From Candidatus Cloacimonadota bacterium (GTDB lineage: Bacteria; Cloacimonadota; Cloacimonadia; Cloacimonadales; TCS61): a DNA stretch of 64,000 bases. The stretch covers positions 383-64,382 of the forward strand of contig JAIPGP010000002.1 of NCBI GenBank assembly GCA_021735645.1, written 5' to 3'. The position numbers and the translations under genes were made by a program. Below, one piece after another: positions 11,029-20,240 of this stretch. The notes under the pieces were generated by a model. That model saw only the letters and a list, made by a program, of their open reading frames with translations. It ran no database searches and was not told the DNA's origin. Each line of letters begins with the position of its first letter. Position 1 is the first letter of the stretch.

Positions 11029-13122
11029 ATGAAAAATATCCTGATTGCTTTAGCCCTGATTATTCTACTTAGCAGTTGTGCTTACTACAACACCTTTTTC
11101 AATGCTGAGAAATACTTTGAAAATGCTCAGAAAGAAGCTCTTTCTGCTGATGGTACCCCGTCCCGCTCCGCAGTGCAGAATTACAATAAAGCTATGAAAA
11201 AGTGTGGCATTATCCTCACTGACTACAAAGACAGCAAGTGGGCAGATGATGCACTATTTATGCTTTCTCAATGTCTGTACTACAAACAGAAAAACTATCT
11301 GCAGGCAAAGCAGAAATTTGAAGAAGTCATTCTTTATTATCCTAAATCTGAATATGCCCAGCGTTCGCATATTTATATTGCGCGTTGTGAACGTGAACTT
11401 GATAAAGAGAAAGCCTATAAGAAATTACGTGATTTCCTGGTGAGTGGTGCTTCGCAAAAATACCTGGTGGAAGCTACTAATTTATTAGCTGAATACTATC
11501 TGGAAGATAAAGTATATTCCCAGGCGGAATACTATTATAAAAAGATCATCGATAATTACCCCAAAAGTGATATTTTTGAGGTAGCCTTTTTTTCGCTGGC
11601 TCTGCTCTATCACCGCAACGGTGAGTATCCTGAATCAAGTCAGATTTTCGAGGAATTTCTAAAAATCCGCACAGAGAAAAAGAACAAGCTAAATGCGCGT
11701 TATTATATTATTTATAATGATCTGCTGCAGGAGAAGTATGAGGATGTACTCTCAGGTGTGGCTTCTTTGATGAAGCAGGAATACCGTGATCAGGAGCTTT
11801 CTGCATTATTGATTTTGAAAGCTCGTGCTCTGGCAAAACTCGGCGATACCGATCAGGCAGACATCATTTTCGAGAAAGTGATCAACGAAAATGATAAAAC
11901 TCTGCTCTCGGCTGAGAGTTCCTACTGGCGGGCTGAAATGCATTTCCGGATTCTAAATAACTATGAACTGGCAATCGAGTATTATAATAATGTGCGAACT
12001 CAAAAGGCAACTTCACCCTTTGTAGAAGATGCAGTGAGTCACAGTGCCGTAGCCAGCCAGATCGTTCAATATCACAGTTCCAGAGATAATATAGAATTGC
12101 AGCAGCTGGTTTCCGAGCAGATGAAATTGGCTGAATATTATATCGAAGTGCTTTCACTACCTGATTCTGCCATGGTGGTATATGACAATATCATCAGTCA
12201 TCGCGACTTGCTGATGCTTCGTCTGGACTCTCTGCAAACAGAGCTAATTGAATTGAAATCAAAGCTTTCTGTTGATAGCCTGGCGGCAATATCAGACTCT
12301 TTGGCAACTCAGCCAGACAGTCTTATCATACCGAAAGATTCTCTCACAATAGTTCTGAAAGACAGCACAGTTATAAATGAAGCTCCACCCGTTATAAAAC
12401 CTGCCAGAAGTGATACGATTTCCCAGAATATCACAAAACTGCAATCTGATATTGAGTTGTATGACAATGAGTTTATTCCCTATGTGAAGTTTGTAAAATT
12501 GTGGCTGCTCAAAAATATTTATCAGGACAGCAGCAGAACTGCCCAGTTTTATCTGGAATTTAGAGCTGACTATCCTGATAATAAATATTCCTGTGCTGCC
12601 GAAGAATTGATGCAGAACCAGGAAGTGGAATTTATCACCTATGCAGCAAAACAGCAGCGTGAAGAGCTCAATTATGCCATCGCCATAATTGAAGAGCAGC
12701 CAGATTCTGCCCAGATTATCCTGCAGCAGATTGCTGCTGATTCCACCGCTCAATTCTATCACGATGCTATATATTCCCTGGGGTATCTGCAGTATTTCAT
12801 CTACAGGGATACTACTGCTGCCCGTCCCTACTTCGACGAAATTCTCACCTGGCAAAATCAAAGTGAACGGACTAATGTCATCAGTTCCTTATATTTTGAT
12901 GGCAAATTCCTGAAATTACAAAGATTACCAGCCCTGGTGGAAAGAGAACGGAGGCTGGCTGAAGAAGCAGAACAACTGGAAGCGGATCAGCTTGAAGCTG
13001 AAGCCCCGGCAGACAGTACTGATGATGAAATGATCATTGAGCTGGAAGAACTGGAAAAACCTGAAAGCCGCTATATGCCGGATTCTGATACCCAGCGAAG
13101 TCCACGTCCCAAAAAACCATGA
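11029..13122 (+). CDS. Tetratricopeptide-repeat lipoprotein (BamD/SprE-PorW-like)
   Basis: Lipobox LSSC followed by AYYNTFFNA; repeated TPR helices (e.g. 'SKWADDALFMLSQCLY', 'YPKSEYA'). Confidence 0.7.
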   Translation: MKNILIALALIILLSSCAYYNTFFNAEKYFENAQKEALSADGTPSRSAVQNYNKAMKKCGIILTDYKDSKWADDALFMLSQCLYYKQKNYLQAKQKFEEVILYYPKSEYAQRSHIYIARCERELDKEKAYKKLRDFLVSGASQKYLVEATNLLAEYYLEDKVYSQAEYYYKKIIDNYPKSDIFEVAFFSLALLYHRNGEYPESSQIFEEFLKIRTEKKNKLNARYYIIYNDLLQEKYEDVLSGVASLMKQEYRDQELSALLILKARALAKLGDTDQADIIFEKVINENDKTLLSAESSYWRAEMHFRILNNYELAIEYYNNVRTQKATSPFVEDAVSHSAVASQIVQYHSSRDNIELQQLVSEQMKLAEYYIEVLSLPDSAMVVYDNIISHRDLLMLRLDSLQTELIELKSKLSVDSLAAISDSLATQPDSLIIPKDSLTIVLKDSTVINEAPPVIKPARSDTISQNITKLQSDIELYDNEFIPYVKFVKLWLLKNIYQDSSRTAQFYLEFRADYPDNKYSCAAEELMQNQEVEFITYAAKQQREELNYAIAIIEEQPDSAQIILQQIAADSTAQFYHDAIYSLGYLQYFIYRDTTAARPYFDEILTWQNQSERTNVISSLYFDGKFLKLQRLPALVERERRLAEEAEQLEADQLEAEAPADSTDDEMIIELEELEKPESRYMPDSDTQRSPRPKKP

Positions 13123-13730
13123 GACCTGCTGGCAGAATTTTATTTGCCCAGCATCCGCTTTTTAAATGGTTTTTCTGTCTGACAATCTCTCTGTTCACGT
13201 TGCTGTCACCAGTGAATAAGCTACCCTTTCTGACAGGAATTACCTGTCTTTATTTCCTGAGTTACCCTCTACTGTTCAAATTCTGGTATAACGCTCTGTT
13301 GCGTCTGCTACCCCTTTTTATTGCCATCCTTATCTTCTCAGTACTCAGCAGAAATAATTTTTATGATCAACTGCTCCTGATTGCCAGAATTGCCTTCCTG
13401 CTCCTGCTCTCTGTGTTTCTGATCAATACTTCCACTATCACGGAACTCTTCACCTTTCTACCTGCGAGATTTGCTAAAATTAACCAGTTCCTCACTGCTA
13501 CACTGCTCTTCATTCCTGTTTTTATGGAAAGCTATGCAAAAGCCAGACAACTGGCAAAAAAACCGGCTGATATTATTGCTCTTTCGCTGGAACTCACTCA
13601 CGAGCAGATAGATAATATCAGAAATCAGATTGACAATCCTAATCAAGTCTGCCCAAATGAATATAACTGGAAAGCCGATCTGATCGGAATCATGATACTG
13701 CTCATCAACGGTTTTCTCTGTTTTATGTAA
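13119..13730 (+). CDS. Integral membrane protein, possibly EcfT-like
   Basis: Several hydrophobic segments; ATGA overlap with the upstream gene; directly precedes truA, a position often held by ecfT. Confidence 0.45.
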   Translation: MRPAGRILFAQHPLFKWFFCLTISLFTLLSPVNKLPFLTGITCLYFLSYPLLFKFWYNALLRLLPLFIAILIFSVLSRNNFYDQLLLIARIAFLLLLSVFLINTSTITELFTFLPARFAKINQFLTATLLFIPVFMESYAKARQLAKKPADIIALSLELTHEQIDNIRNQIDNPNQVCPNEYNWKADLIGIMILLINGFLCFM

Positions 13731-13739
13731 AGGTATAAA

Positions 13740-14501
13740 ATGCAACGTTTCCTGATTTGTCTTAGTTATGACGGTACTGATTTTAACGGCTGGCAAACTC
13801 AGCCCCAGGGCAGAACTGTGCAGGATATTCTAGAAAATATCCTTGCAGAAATTGCCTCAGTGCCTATAGCAGTTACCGGGTCCGGGAGAACCGATGCCAA
13901 AGTTCATGCTCTCCGGCAATATGCTCACTTTGATCTGAATACCAGAATGAGCACCAGTCAGATTGTGTCTGCCCTTAACAGCAGAGTTCCCGCTGATATT
14001 AAAATTATCAGTTGCCAGCAGGTTAACCCGGATTTCAGTGCCCGGTATAACGCAGTCTCACGCACTTATAATTACTATATAAATTTGGAATATTCACCTT
14101 TTTCCCGCCATTATGCTGTGCACTTTCCCCGCTTCAGGTTTTCGCCTGATTCGCTGCTAAAATGCCTGCCCTGGTTTTTAGGCGAACATGATTTCTCTGC
14201 CTTTGCCAAACACAATCCGGACCTCAAACACTATCGCTGTATCATTAACTCCTTTAAATTGCTTGAGAAAGACGGGCAAATCGTACTGATCATCCAGGCT
14301 AACCGCTTTCTGCATAATATGGTTCGCCGCATTGTGGGTACCTGCCTCAGGGTTTGTCACACAAAATCAGAGCCACAAGTAATTAGCAGCCTGATTACCA
14401 ATTGCGATCCTGCCAGTAATCTGATCTACACCGCTCCACCCCAGGGCTTATATCTTACTCAGGTCGAGTATCCTGATATAGATAGCAAAACCTCTATTTG
14501 A
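13740..14501 (+). CDS. truA: tRNA pseudouridine(38-40) synthase TruA
   Basis: 'YDGTDFNGWQ', catalytic 'SGRTDAKVHA', 'FLHNMVRRIVG', 'TAPPQGLYL'. Confidence 0.97.
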   Translation: MQRFLICLSYDGTDFNGWQTQPQGRTVQDILENILAEIASVPIAVTGSGRTDAKVHALRQYAHFDLNTRMSTSQIVSALNSRVPADIKIISCQQVNPDFSARYNAVSRTYNYYINLEYSPFSRHYAVHFPRFRFSPDSLLKCLPWFLGEHDFSAFAKHNPDLKHYRCIINSFKLLEKDGQIVLIIQANRFLHNMVRRIVGTCLRVCHTKSEPQVISSLITNCDPASNLIYTAPPQGLYLTQVEYPDIDSKTSI

Positions 14502-14559
14502 CATGTTTATAAAATTATCTTAAATCCAAAGTAGCAGGTGAATGGCAGATCAGCCCTGT

Positions 14560-15531
14560 CTATGCTTTCAGCAAGGCAATCTTAAATTCTACACCCACCT
14601 CACAATTACTCGCCATGATGCTTCCTCTAAACTTATTCTCTATGATCTGCCGGCAGATAGAAAGTCCAATTCCTGTGCCTTCTTCACCTCGCGTGGTGTA
14701 ATATGGTTCAAATATTTTCTCCAGATCTGCCGGATCAATATGCTCTCCATTATTATAAACAGTGATGAACACATATTCCGTCTCGCAGCTTAAAGTTACT
14801 TTTATCAAGGGCTCAATCACTTCACTTCGCAGAATAGCTTCCCTGGCATTATTCATCACATTGATCAGAACCTGACTCAATTCATTGGGATTTCCACTTA
14901 AATTACACTTCTCATTGAGCTCTTTTACAAGTTTAATCCCATTTTGATTAATCATATATGAAACCAGCTTGATAGATTTCTCAATCGTCTCTTTCACCTG
15001 GAAATCACGTACATAGTCCTGCTTAAAGAAATTACGGAAGTCATTAATAGTATCGCTCATATAGGTTACCTGTTCTCCGATGCACTTTAGCTGAGTTTCC
15101 ATAAATTCGTCATTTAATTCATCAAATTCCCAGGCATCACCAATTGCTTGAGCCAGCACCCAGATAACGCTAAGAGGTTGTTTCCATTGATGTGCAATAG
15201 CAGATATCATTTCACCCATCATAGCCATCCGAGACTGGGTTGTGAGTAGATCACCCTGAGTGTTAAGCTTATTAACAGTTTTCTGAAATTCTCCCTGCAA
15301 GTTTTGGTAAGTATCCTGTAAATTCTCCAGAGTTTTATTCAGCACTGTTAACTGATTATTCATTGCCTGGTTTTTCTTGTCCAATTCAGCACTTTTCAAT
15401 CTATAAATCTGGGTTTTATATTGAGTTTCCAGAATAGAAATTTTTTCCTGATTATTCTCATTATTGATTTCATCTTTGATCTCTACTAATTTGTGCAAAT
15501 ATTTGTTTGCTTCCACAAATTCTTCTCTCAT
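14560..15531 (-). CDS. Sensor histidine kinase (HisKA + HATPase); N-terminal TPR part appears interrupted
   Basis: H-box 'SAIAHQWKQPL', N-box 'QVLINVMNNAREA', G-boxes 'IFEPYYTT...GTGIGLSI'. The frame stays open with TPR-like sequence up to an in-frame TGA at 15751-15753. Confidence 0.85.
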   Translation of the reverse strand: MREEFVEANKYLHKLVEIKDEINNENNQEKISILETQYKTQIYRLKSAELDKKNQAMNNQLTVLNKTLENLQDTYQNLQGEFQKTVNKLNTQGDLLTTQSRMAMMGEMISAIAHQWKQPLSVIWVLAQAIGDAWEFDELNDEFMETQLKCIGEQVTYMSDTINDFRNFFKQDYVRDFQVKETIEKSIKLVSYMINQNGIKLVKELNEKCNLSGNPNELSQVLINVMNNAREAILRSEVIEPLIKVTLSCETEYVFITVYNNGEHIDPADLEKIFEPYYTTRGEEGTGIGLSICRQIIENKFRGSIMASNCEVGVEFKIALLKA

Positions 15532-15916
15532 TTCATGGTATTTTGCATAGGTAGTATAACAAGCGGCAAGATTTAGCTTCAGATTGTTATCTTCTGCCAG
15601 TTTTACAGCTTCTTCCAGATACTTCTGAGCATTATCCCAGTCACTTTTCAGGATATAAACATGAGCTATTGCATTAGCTGCTAATCCCAGCTTTTTGGAG
15701 TCATTTATCTTTAAGCAGATCTCAGCTGTGCCAAGTTCTATTGAGTAACTTCAGCAACTTTTCCTCATTTAAAATGTCCTGTCATAGCTATTTATTATTC
15801 ACTTATTACTCGTAAATTAAATTGTTAAATTATAATCCAGGAATGCCTGGTACGGCTCAGAAATATTGACTTAGTGCCTCAGAAATTAGTTATAGGCTTA
15901 ATTTAGCAGTGTCTAT

Positions 15917-15944
15917 TTGACAGGAATATGGAATTAATTATCTT
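15917..15944 (+). promoter_or_regulatory. Putative sigma70-type promoter for the 15968 gene
   Basis: TTGACA-N16-TATCTT, followed by AGGAGG RBS and ATG. Confidence 0.45.
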
Positions 15945-15967
15945 AGCCCCAGATTCAGGAGGTTAAT

Positions 15968-16522
15968 ATGAAATATCTTATTTTAATAGTTTTTGTTTTA
16001 GTTGCCATACCTTTGCTGGCTGATGAACCACCGGCAGATTCTGCTGCTAATAACGCTGCTCCGGCAGCTCAGGATGAAGCTGTTATGCAGGCACACCGTT
16101 TTTTTGCTGCTGATTACTTTAATAAATGTTGGGATTATATTGATAAACCAGAGCGTACACCCGAAGATGACCTGATGATGATACATGCTGCTCATGCTTC
16201 CCGAGCCCATTGGGAAGCAGTAGGTGATGCCTCAAATCATGCCGTGGGTGAATGGCAGATCAGTCACGTCTATGCCATCCTGAATAACCCCACCGAAGCA
16301 TTGTATTATGGCAATGCCTGTCTGAACATCTGCGAAAATAACCAGATAACAGGTTTCAATCTCGGCTTTGCCTATGAAGCTCTTGCCAGAGCGGAAATGC
16401 TGCAAGGTAACCTGCAGAAAGCTGAAGATTATGTCGCTCTTGGGATCAAAGCTGCCCAGGATGTAAAAGAAACTGAAGACCGCGAATATCTACTTAACGA
16501 ACTTAATAGTATAAAAAAATAA
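15968..16522 (+). CDS. Exported all-helical hypothetical protein
   Basis: AGGAGG RBS, signal peptide, Ala/Pro linker, then 'FNKCWD...AHASRAHW...GEWQISHVYA...AYEALARA'. Confidence 0.75.
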   Translation: MKYLILIVFVLVAIPLLADEPPADSAANNAAPAAQDEAVMQAHRFFAADYFNKCWDYIDKPERTPEDDLMMIHAAHASRAHWEAVGDASNHAVGEWQISHVYAILNNPTEALYYGNACLNICENNQITGFNLGFAYEALARAEMLQGNLQKAEDYVALGIKAAQDVKETEDREYLLNELNSIKK

Positions 16523-16747
16523 TCAGCATTCACCTAAATAAGCGTAAATATTAACACCTCGACAATAGCAGTTTGAATAAGTTGCTGTAGTGGCTGAATT
16601 TTAAATCACTATCCAGCAATCATTTAGATATCAAATGCGAAAGTCAGGCAGCCAATAACCTGATATATACCTGACAGGAGTGAAGAAGTTGTGAGAGCTA
16701 TATGAAGTGATTTTGGCAGGTTTTATGATAATATCATTTTTAAAAAA

Positions 16748-16809
16748 AACCAGTGTTCACTAATTATCTTGACATAATCAGGGTTCGAGAATTTTATTGA
16801 CCAGTGTTC
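16748..16809 (+). promoter_or_regulatory. Two putative TetR operator boxes flanking a TTGACA
   Basis: AACCAGTGTTC (16748-16758) and GACCAGTGTTC (16799-16809) around TTGACA (16769-16774); a third copy GAGCAGTGGTT lies at 17471-17481. Confidence 0.55.
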
Positions 16810-16827
16810 TTTATTAAGGAGATATAT

Positions 16828-17445
16828 TTGGTACAGCGTAAGAAAGATGAAGTGTATTATGCCATCCTGGAAAAGGCAAAAGAAGAGTTTATCGAGCAGG
16901 GATTTCAAAAAGCCTCATTGCGAAATATTGCTCGGGAGGCAGGTATCACTCATAGCAATATTTATCATTACTTTGGGAATAAGGATGCCTTGTTCCGGGC
17001 GGTTTTGATAGCAGTATTGAATTATCTGGAATTGGGTAAAGCCTTTTTGATCGCTCATGAAGAGAATCATGCTGATTTCACTCTGGAGGATCACATGCAG
17101 ATCATTGATAAAACCAGTGAGTATCTGGATGCCAACCGGGAGCTTTTGAAGCTTCTCTTTTTCAAGGCTAATGGTTCATCTCTGGCGAATATCAAAAACG
17201 AAATCATAGACTGGTTCACGGATACTTATCGCCTAACCTTGCGTAAGTTATCAGAAAAATATAATTTAGGGGCAGTATGTGTATCTGATTTCTTTATTCA
17301 TAATATTTCCTCGATCTGGATGAATTTTCTCATGGAATCGCTGATGCACGATCTCAGTCTGGAAGAGATGTGCCGCGATGGCAGAAATATGATGAATTTT
17401 ATCTATTACGGCTGGGGTGGAGTATTAAGCTTAGATTGCAAATAG
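16828..17445 (+). CDS. TetR/AcrR family transcriptional regulator
   Basis: TTG start after AAGGAG; HTH 'GFQKASLRNIAREAGITHSNIYHYFGNKDALF'. Confidence 0.92.
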   Translation: MVQRKKDEVYYAILEKAKEEFIEQGFQKASLRNIAREAGITHSNIYHYFGNKDALFRAVLIAVLNYLELGKAFLIAHEENHADFTLEDHMQIIDKTSEYLDANRELLKLLFFKANGSSLANIKNEIIDWFTDTYRLTLRKLSEKYNLGAVCVSDFFIHNISSIWMNFLMESLMHDLSLEEMCRDGRNMMNFIYYGWGGVLSLDCK

Positions 17446-17506
17446 AGAGCATTTTTTTTTAAGCAAAAAAGAGCAGTGGTTATTATTAAATGAAAGGAGG
17501 TAGAAG

Positions 17507-17668
17507 ATGTACCTGATCACGACCTTATTACTGGCAGCCTGGCTGACAGAATTTGAGCAGAAAAGCGGAATTGCTGAGTTGGAACAGATGAAACAGGAAA
17601 TCTTTGCCTGGGAACCGGAAGAGGAAATTGAAGAACCTAGAGGGGGAGATAATGGTGAATTTAGATAA
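17507..17668 (+). CDS. Small acidic protein, 53 aa (not in ORF track)
   Basis: AAAGGAGG RBS just upstream of the ATG; MYLITTLLLAAWLTEFEQKSGIAELEQMKQEIFAWEPEEEIEEPRGGDNGEFR; overlaps the next gene's start. Confidence 0.5.
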   Translation: MYLITTLLLAAWLTEFEQKSGIAELEQMKQEIFAWEPEEEIEEPRGGDNGEFR

Positions 17669-18209
17669 AGCAGTATGTCCTGTGTGGATGGCATATACTT
17701 TTGATAATCCTTTGCGGGGACTGATTCACTCACCGCAGGAGATGTTTAAGCCCTATCTGCGAGATGGTATGCGAGTGCTTGATATTGGCTGTGGGCTGGG
17801 TTTTTTTAGTCTGTCAATGGCAAAGCATGTCGGCGAGAGAGGCAGAGTTACAGCGATTGATCTTCAGGCAGGAATGCTGAAAATAGTGGAAAAGCGAGCC
17901 GGAAGGCGGGGACTAGGCAGCAGAATAACAACACATCAATGTGGCAGTACTGAACTGGGGATCAAGACAAAAGCAGATTTCATTCTTACTTTCTGGATGA
18001 TCCATGAAACACCGGATTATCAGAGCTTGATCAATCAGATTTATGAATTGCTGGAACCGGGTGGAATATATTACCTGGCAGACCCGAAGCTGCATGTTTC
18101 CGCAAAATTCTTTCAGGAAGCAATAGACTATGCCATAAGTAAAGGATTTAGGGTAAAATCCACTCCGCGGGTGCGGTTTAGCCATGCTATTGTGCTGCAG
18201 AAGCAGTAA
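17652..18209 (+). CDS. Class I SAM-dependent methyltransferase
   Basis: 'VLDIGCGLGFF', 'VTAIDLQAGML', 'LEPGG'; ATG 17652 after GGGGAG. Confidence 0.9.
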   Translation: MVNLDKAVCPVWMAYTFDNPLRGLIHSPQEMFKPYLRDGMRVLDIGCGLGFFSLSMAKHVGERGRVTAIDLQAGMLKIVEKRAGRRGLGSRITTHQCGSTELGIKTKADFILTFWMIHETPDYQSLINQIYELLEPGGIYYLADPKLHVSAKFFQEAIDYAISKGFRVKSTPRVRFSHAIVLQKQ

Positions 18210-18215
18210 AGATCA

Positions 18216-18264
18216 ATATAGTGTTCCACCCCGTCATGAGGAATGAGAGAGCGGAACACTATAT
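18216..18264. terminator. Long hairpin between convergent genes
   Basis: Perfect 12-bp inverted repeat ATATAGTGTTCC / GGAACACTATAT with additional internal pairing. Confidence 0.6.
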
Positions 18265-18313
18265 CATTAGGAGAAACAATGAATAAGCGAACTATTTCTT
18301 CTTTTGAGGAGGA

Positions 18314-20239
18314 TCAATCATTATATTTCAGCCCAAACCCATAAGGGAATAAGGGGTTATAATTCTTGTCACCGACATTCCAGTTTTCATCATCATACCG
18401 GGGCCAGGAGAAACTTAATTTTCCCTGCATGGGATAATCGCCAAAAATCACATCAGCCACACCCTGTCCTTCCGAGCCGGGGAACCAGGCAACTACGAAT
18501 GCTTTGGAAGCTTCAATTTCCTGGCTTACTACCAGAGGACGTCCACAGATCATAATCGTAACAACCGGGATACCTTTACTGGTAATATTTTTAATAGTGG
18601 CAATATCCTCGGGATGCAGTTCATGGAGATATAAATGAGTACCATAAGGTCCTTTTTTCATAATAGGGATATCATCACCGGGAAGATTATCATCAGAAGT
18701 GGAGCCTTTGCTGATCATAAGTCCTTTTGCCAGACCTTCAACGCGAATATCGCCCAGCATTTCAGCATAGGGAGTTTCACCAATAACCACAATTGCCACA
18801 TCGTGTTTATCAGGATCAGCAGCAGAACCATCTATACTCAAATCGGTATTTGGCACAACCCGGTTTATACCTTCCCAGATAGAGGTTCCTCCTAAAATGA
18901 GGGAGTTCGTTTCCGAAATGTTAAGATTTTTTCTGGGAGAAGCATTATCGGTATCAGTTTCATTATATGAACCGCTTATTTCCGGGTCATTGTCATTAAC
19001 ACCCTGCCAGGCGACTGTGAATCCTCCGCACTGATGTCCGCGGTTATGGGCGTTTTTTCCTGCAACTAAAATACGGGCATTTTTCTTAAGAGGAAGGATA
19101 TCAGCTTCATTTTTGAGCATGACCAGCGATTTTCTAACCGCTTCACGGGCAACTTCGCGATGCTTCTGTGAGCCGAAACAGGAATTATCGAGTGATAATT
19201 TTCTTTCAGCGGGACGGGGTTTATCAAATAAACCAAACTTGAATTTTACGCGCAGAATGCGTCTTACAGCATCATCAAGCCGTTCCATGGGAATACGTCC
19301 AGACATTACATTTGCCTTAATATACTCAATAAATTCTTTCCATCTACCTGTTATCATAAACATATCCATGCCGGCATTCAAAGACATAACAGCAGATTCT
19401 TCATAACTCTCATCCAGATAATCAATGCCATCCCAGTCAGAGATCACAAAGCCATTAAATCCCAGTTCCTTTTTGAGAAGATCGGTTATCAGGAACTTGT
19501 GACCATGACACTTTTCCATATTCCAGCTGCTTAATGAGACCATTACGGTAAGAACTCCGGCATCGATAGCTGCCTTATAAGGAGGAACATGAATTTTTCT
19601 AAGTTCTGCTTCACTAATATTCATATCACCCTGATCAATTCCGTGGGTAGTAGCGCCATCGCCCACCCAGTGTTTTACACAGGCTACCACCTTTTCTTCA
19701 CCCAGATCTCCCTGAAGCCCTTTCACAAATCTGGGGGCATATTCGCTGACAATGCGTGGGTCTTCTGAATAGCTTTCATAAGTACGACCCCAGTGGCTGT
19801 TACGAGCCACAGCCAGGGTGGGGGCAAATGTCCATTCCACACTGGTAGCCGCAATTTCACGGGCAGTTACTGCTGCTATCCGCTCAATAAGGTCTGGATC
19901 ATGAGCTGCACCCAGTCCAATATTGTGCGGAAACACCACGGCTCCCTTTACATTAGTATTGCCATGGATAGCATCTACGCCATAAATAAGAGGAATAGCC
20001 AGATGGTTTTCATCTTCATCCATAGAAGCAGCCCAGTATTCATCATTCATTTTGATCCAGTCTGCAGGGGTGTTATCGCCCGGTACAGAGCCTCCCCCGC
20101 TAAGTACTGAGCCAATATGATATTTCTTTACTTCCTCCGGAGTAACGAATTCACGTTCCGGCTGGGTTATTTGTCCCACCTTTTGATCAAGGTTCATTTT
20201 TTTCAGTAAATCAGATACTTTCTTTTCAATAGAATCCAT
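18314..20239 (-). CDS. GH3 beta-glucosidase / exo-beta-glucanase (cytoplasmic, no signal peptide)
   Basis: 'GVDAIHG', 'WGRTYESYSED', 'KHWVGDG', nucleophile 'ISDWDG', C-terminal 'PLFPYGFGL'. Confidence 0.93.
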   Translation of the reverse strand: MDSIEKKVSDLLKKMNLDQKVGQITQPEREFVTPEEVKKYHIGSVLSGGGSVPGDNTPADWIKMNDEYWAASMDEDENHLAIPLIYGVDAIHGNTNVKGAVVFPHNIGLGAAHDPDLIERIAAVTAREIAATSVEWTFAPTLAVARNSHWGRTYESYSEDPRIVSEYAPRFVKGLQGDLGEEKVVACVKHWVGDGATTHGIDQGDMNISEAELRKIHVPPYKAAIDAGVLTVMVSLSSWNMEKCHGHKFLITDLLKKELGFNGFVISDWDGIDYLDESYEESAVMSLNAGMDMFMITGRWKEFIEYIKANVMSGRIPMERLDDAVRRILRVKFKFGLFDKPRPAERKLSLDNSCFGSQKHREVAREAVRKSLVMLKNEADILPLKKNARILVAGKNAHNRGHQCGGFTVAWQGVNDNDPEISGSYNETDTDNASPRKNLNISETNSLILGGTSIWEGINRVVPNTDLSIDGSAADPDKHDVAIVVIGETPYAEMLGDIRVEGLAKGLMISKGSTSDDNLPGDDIPIMKKGPYGTHLYLHELHPEDIATIKNITSKGIPVVTIMICGRPLVVSQEIEASKAFVVAWFPGSEGQGVADVIFGDYPMQGKLSFSWPRYDDENWNVGDKNYNPLFPYGFGLKYND

Positions 20240-20240
20240 T

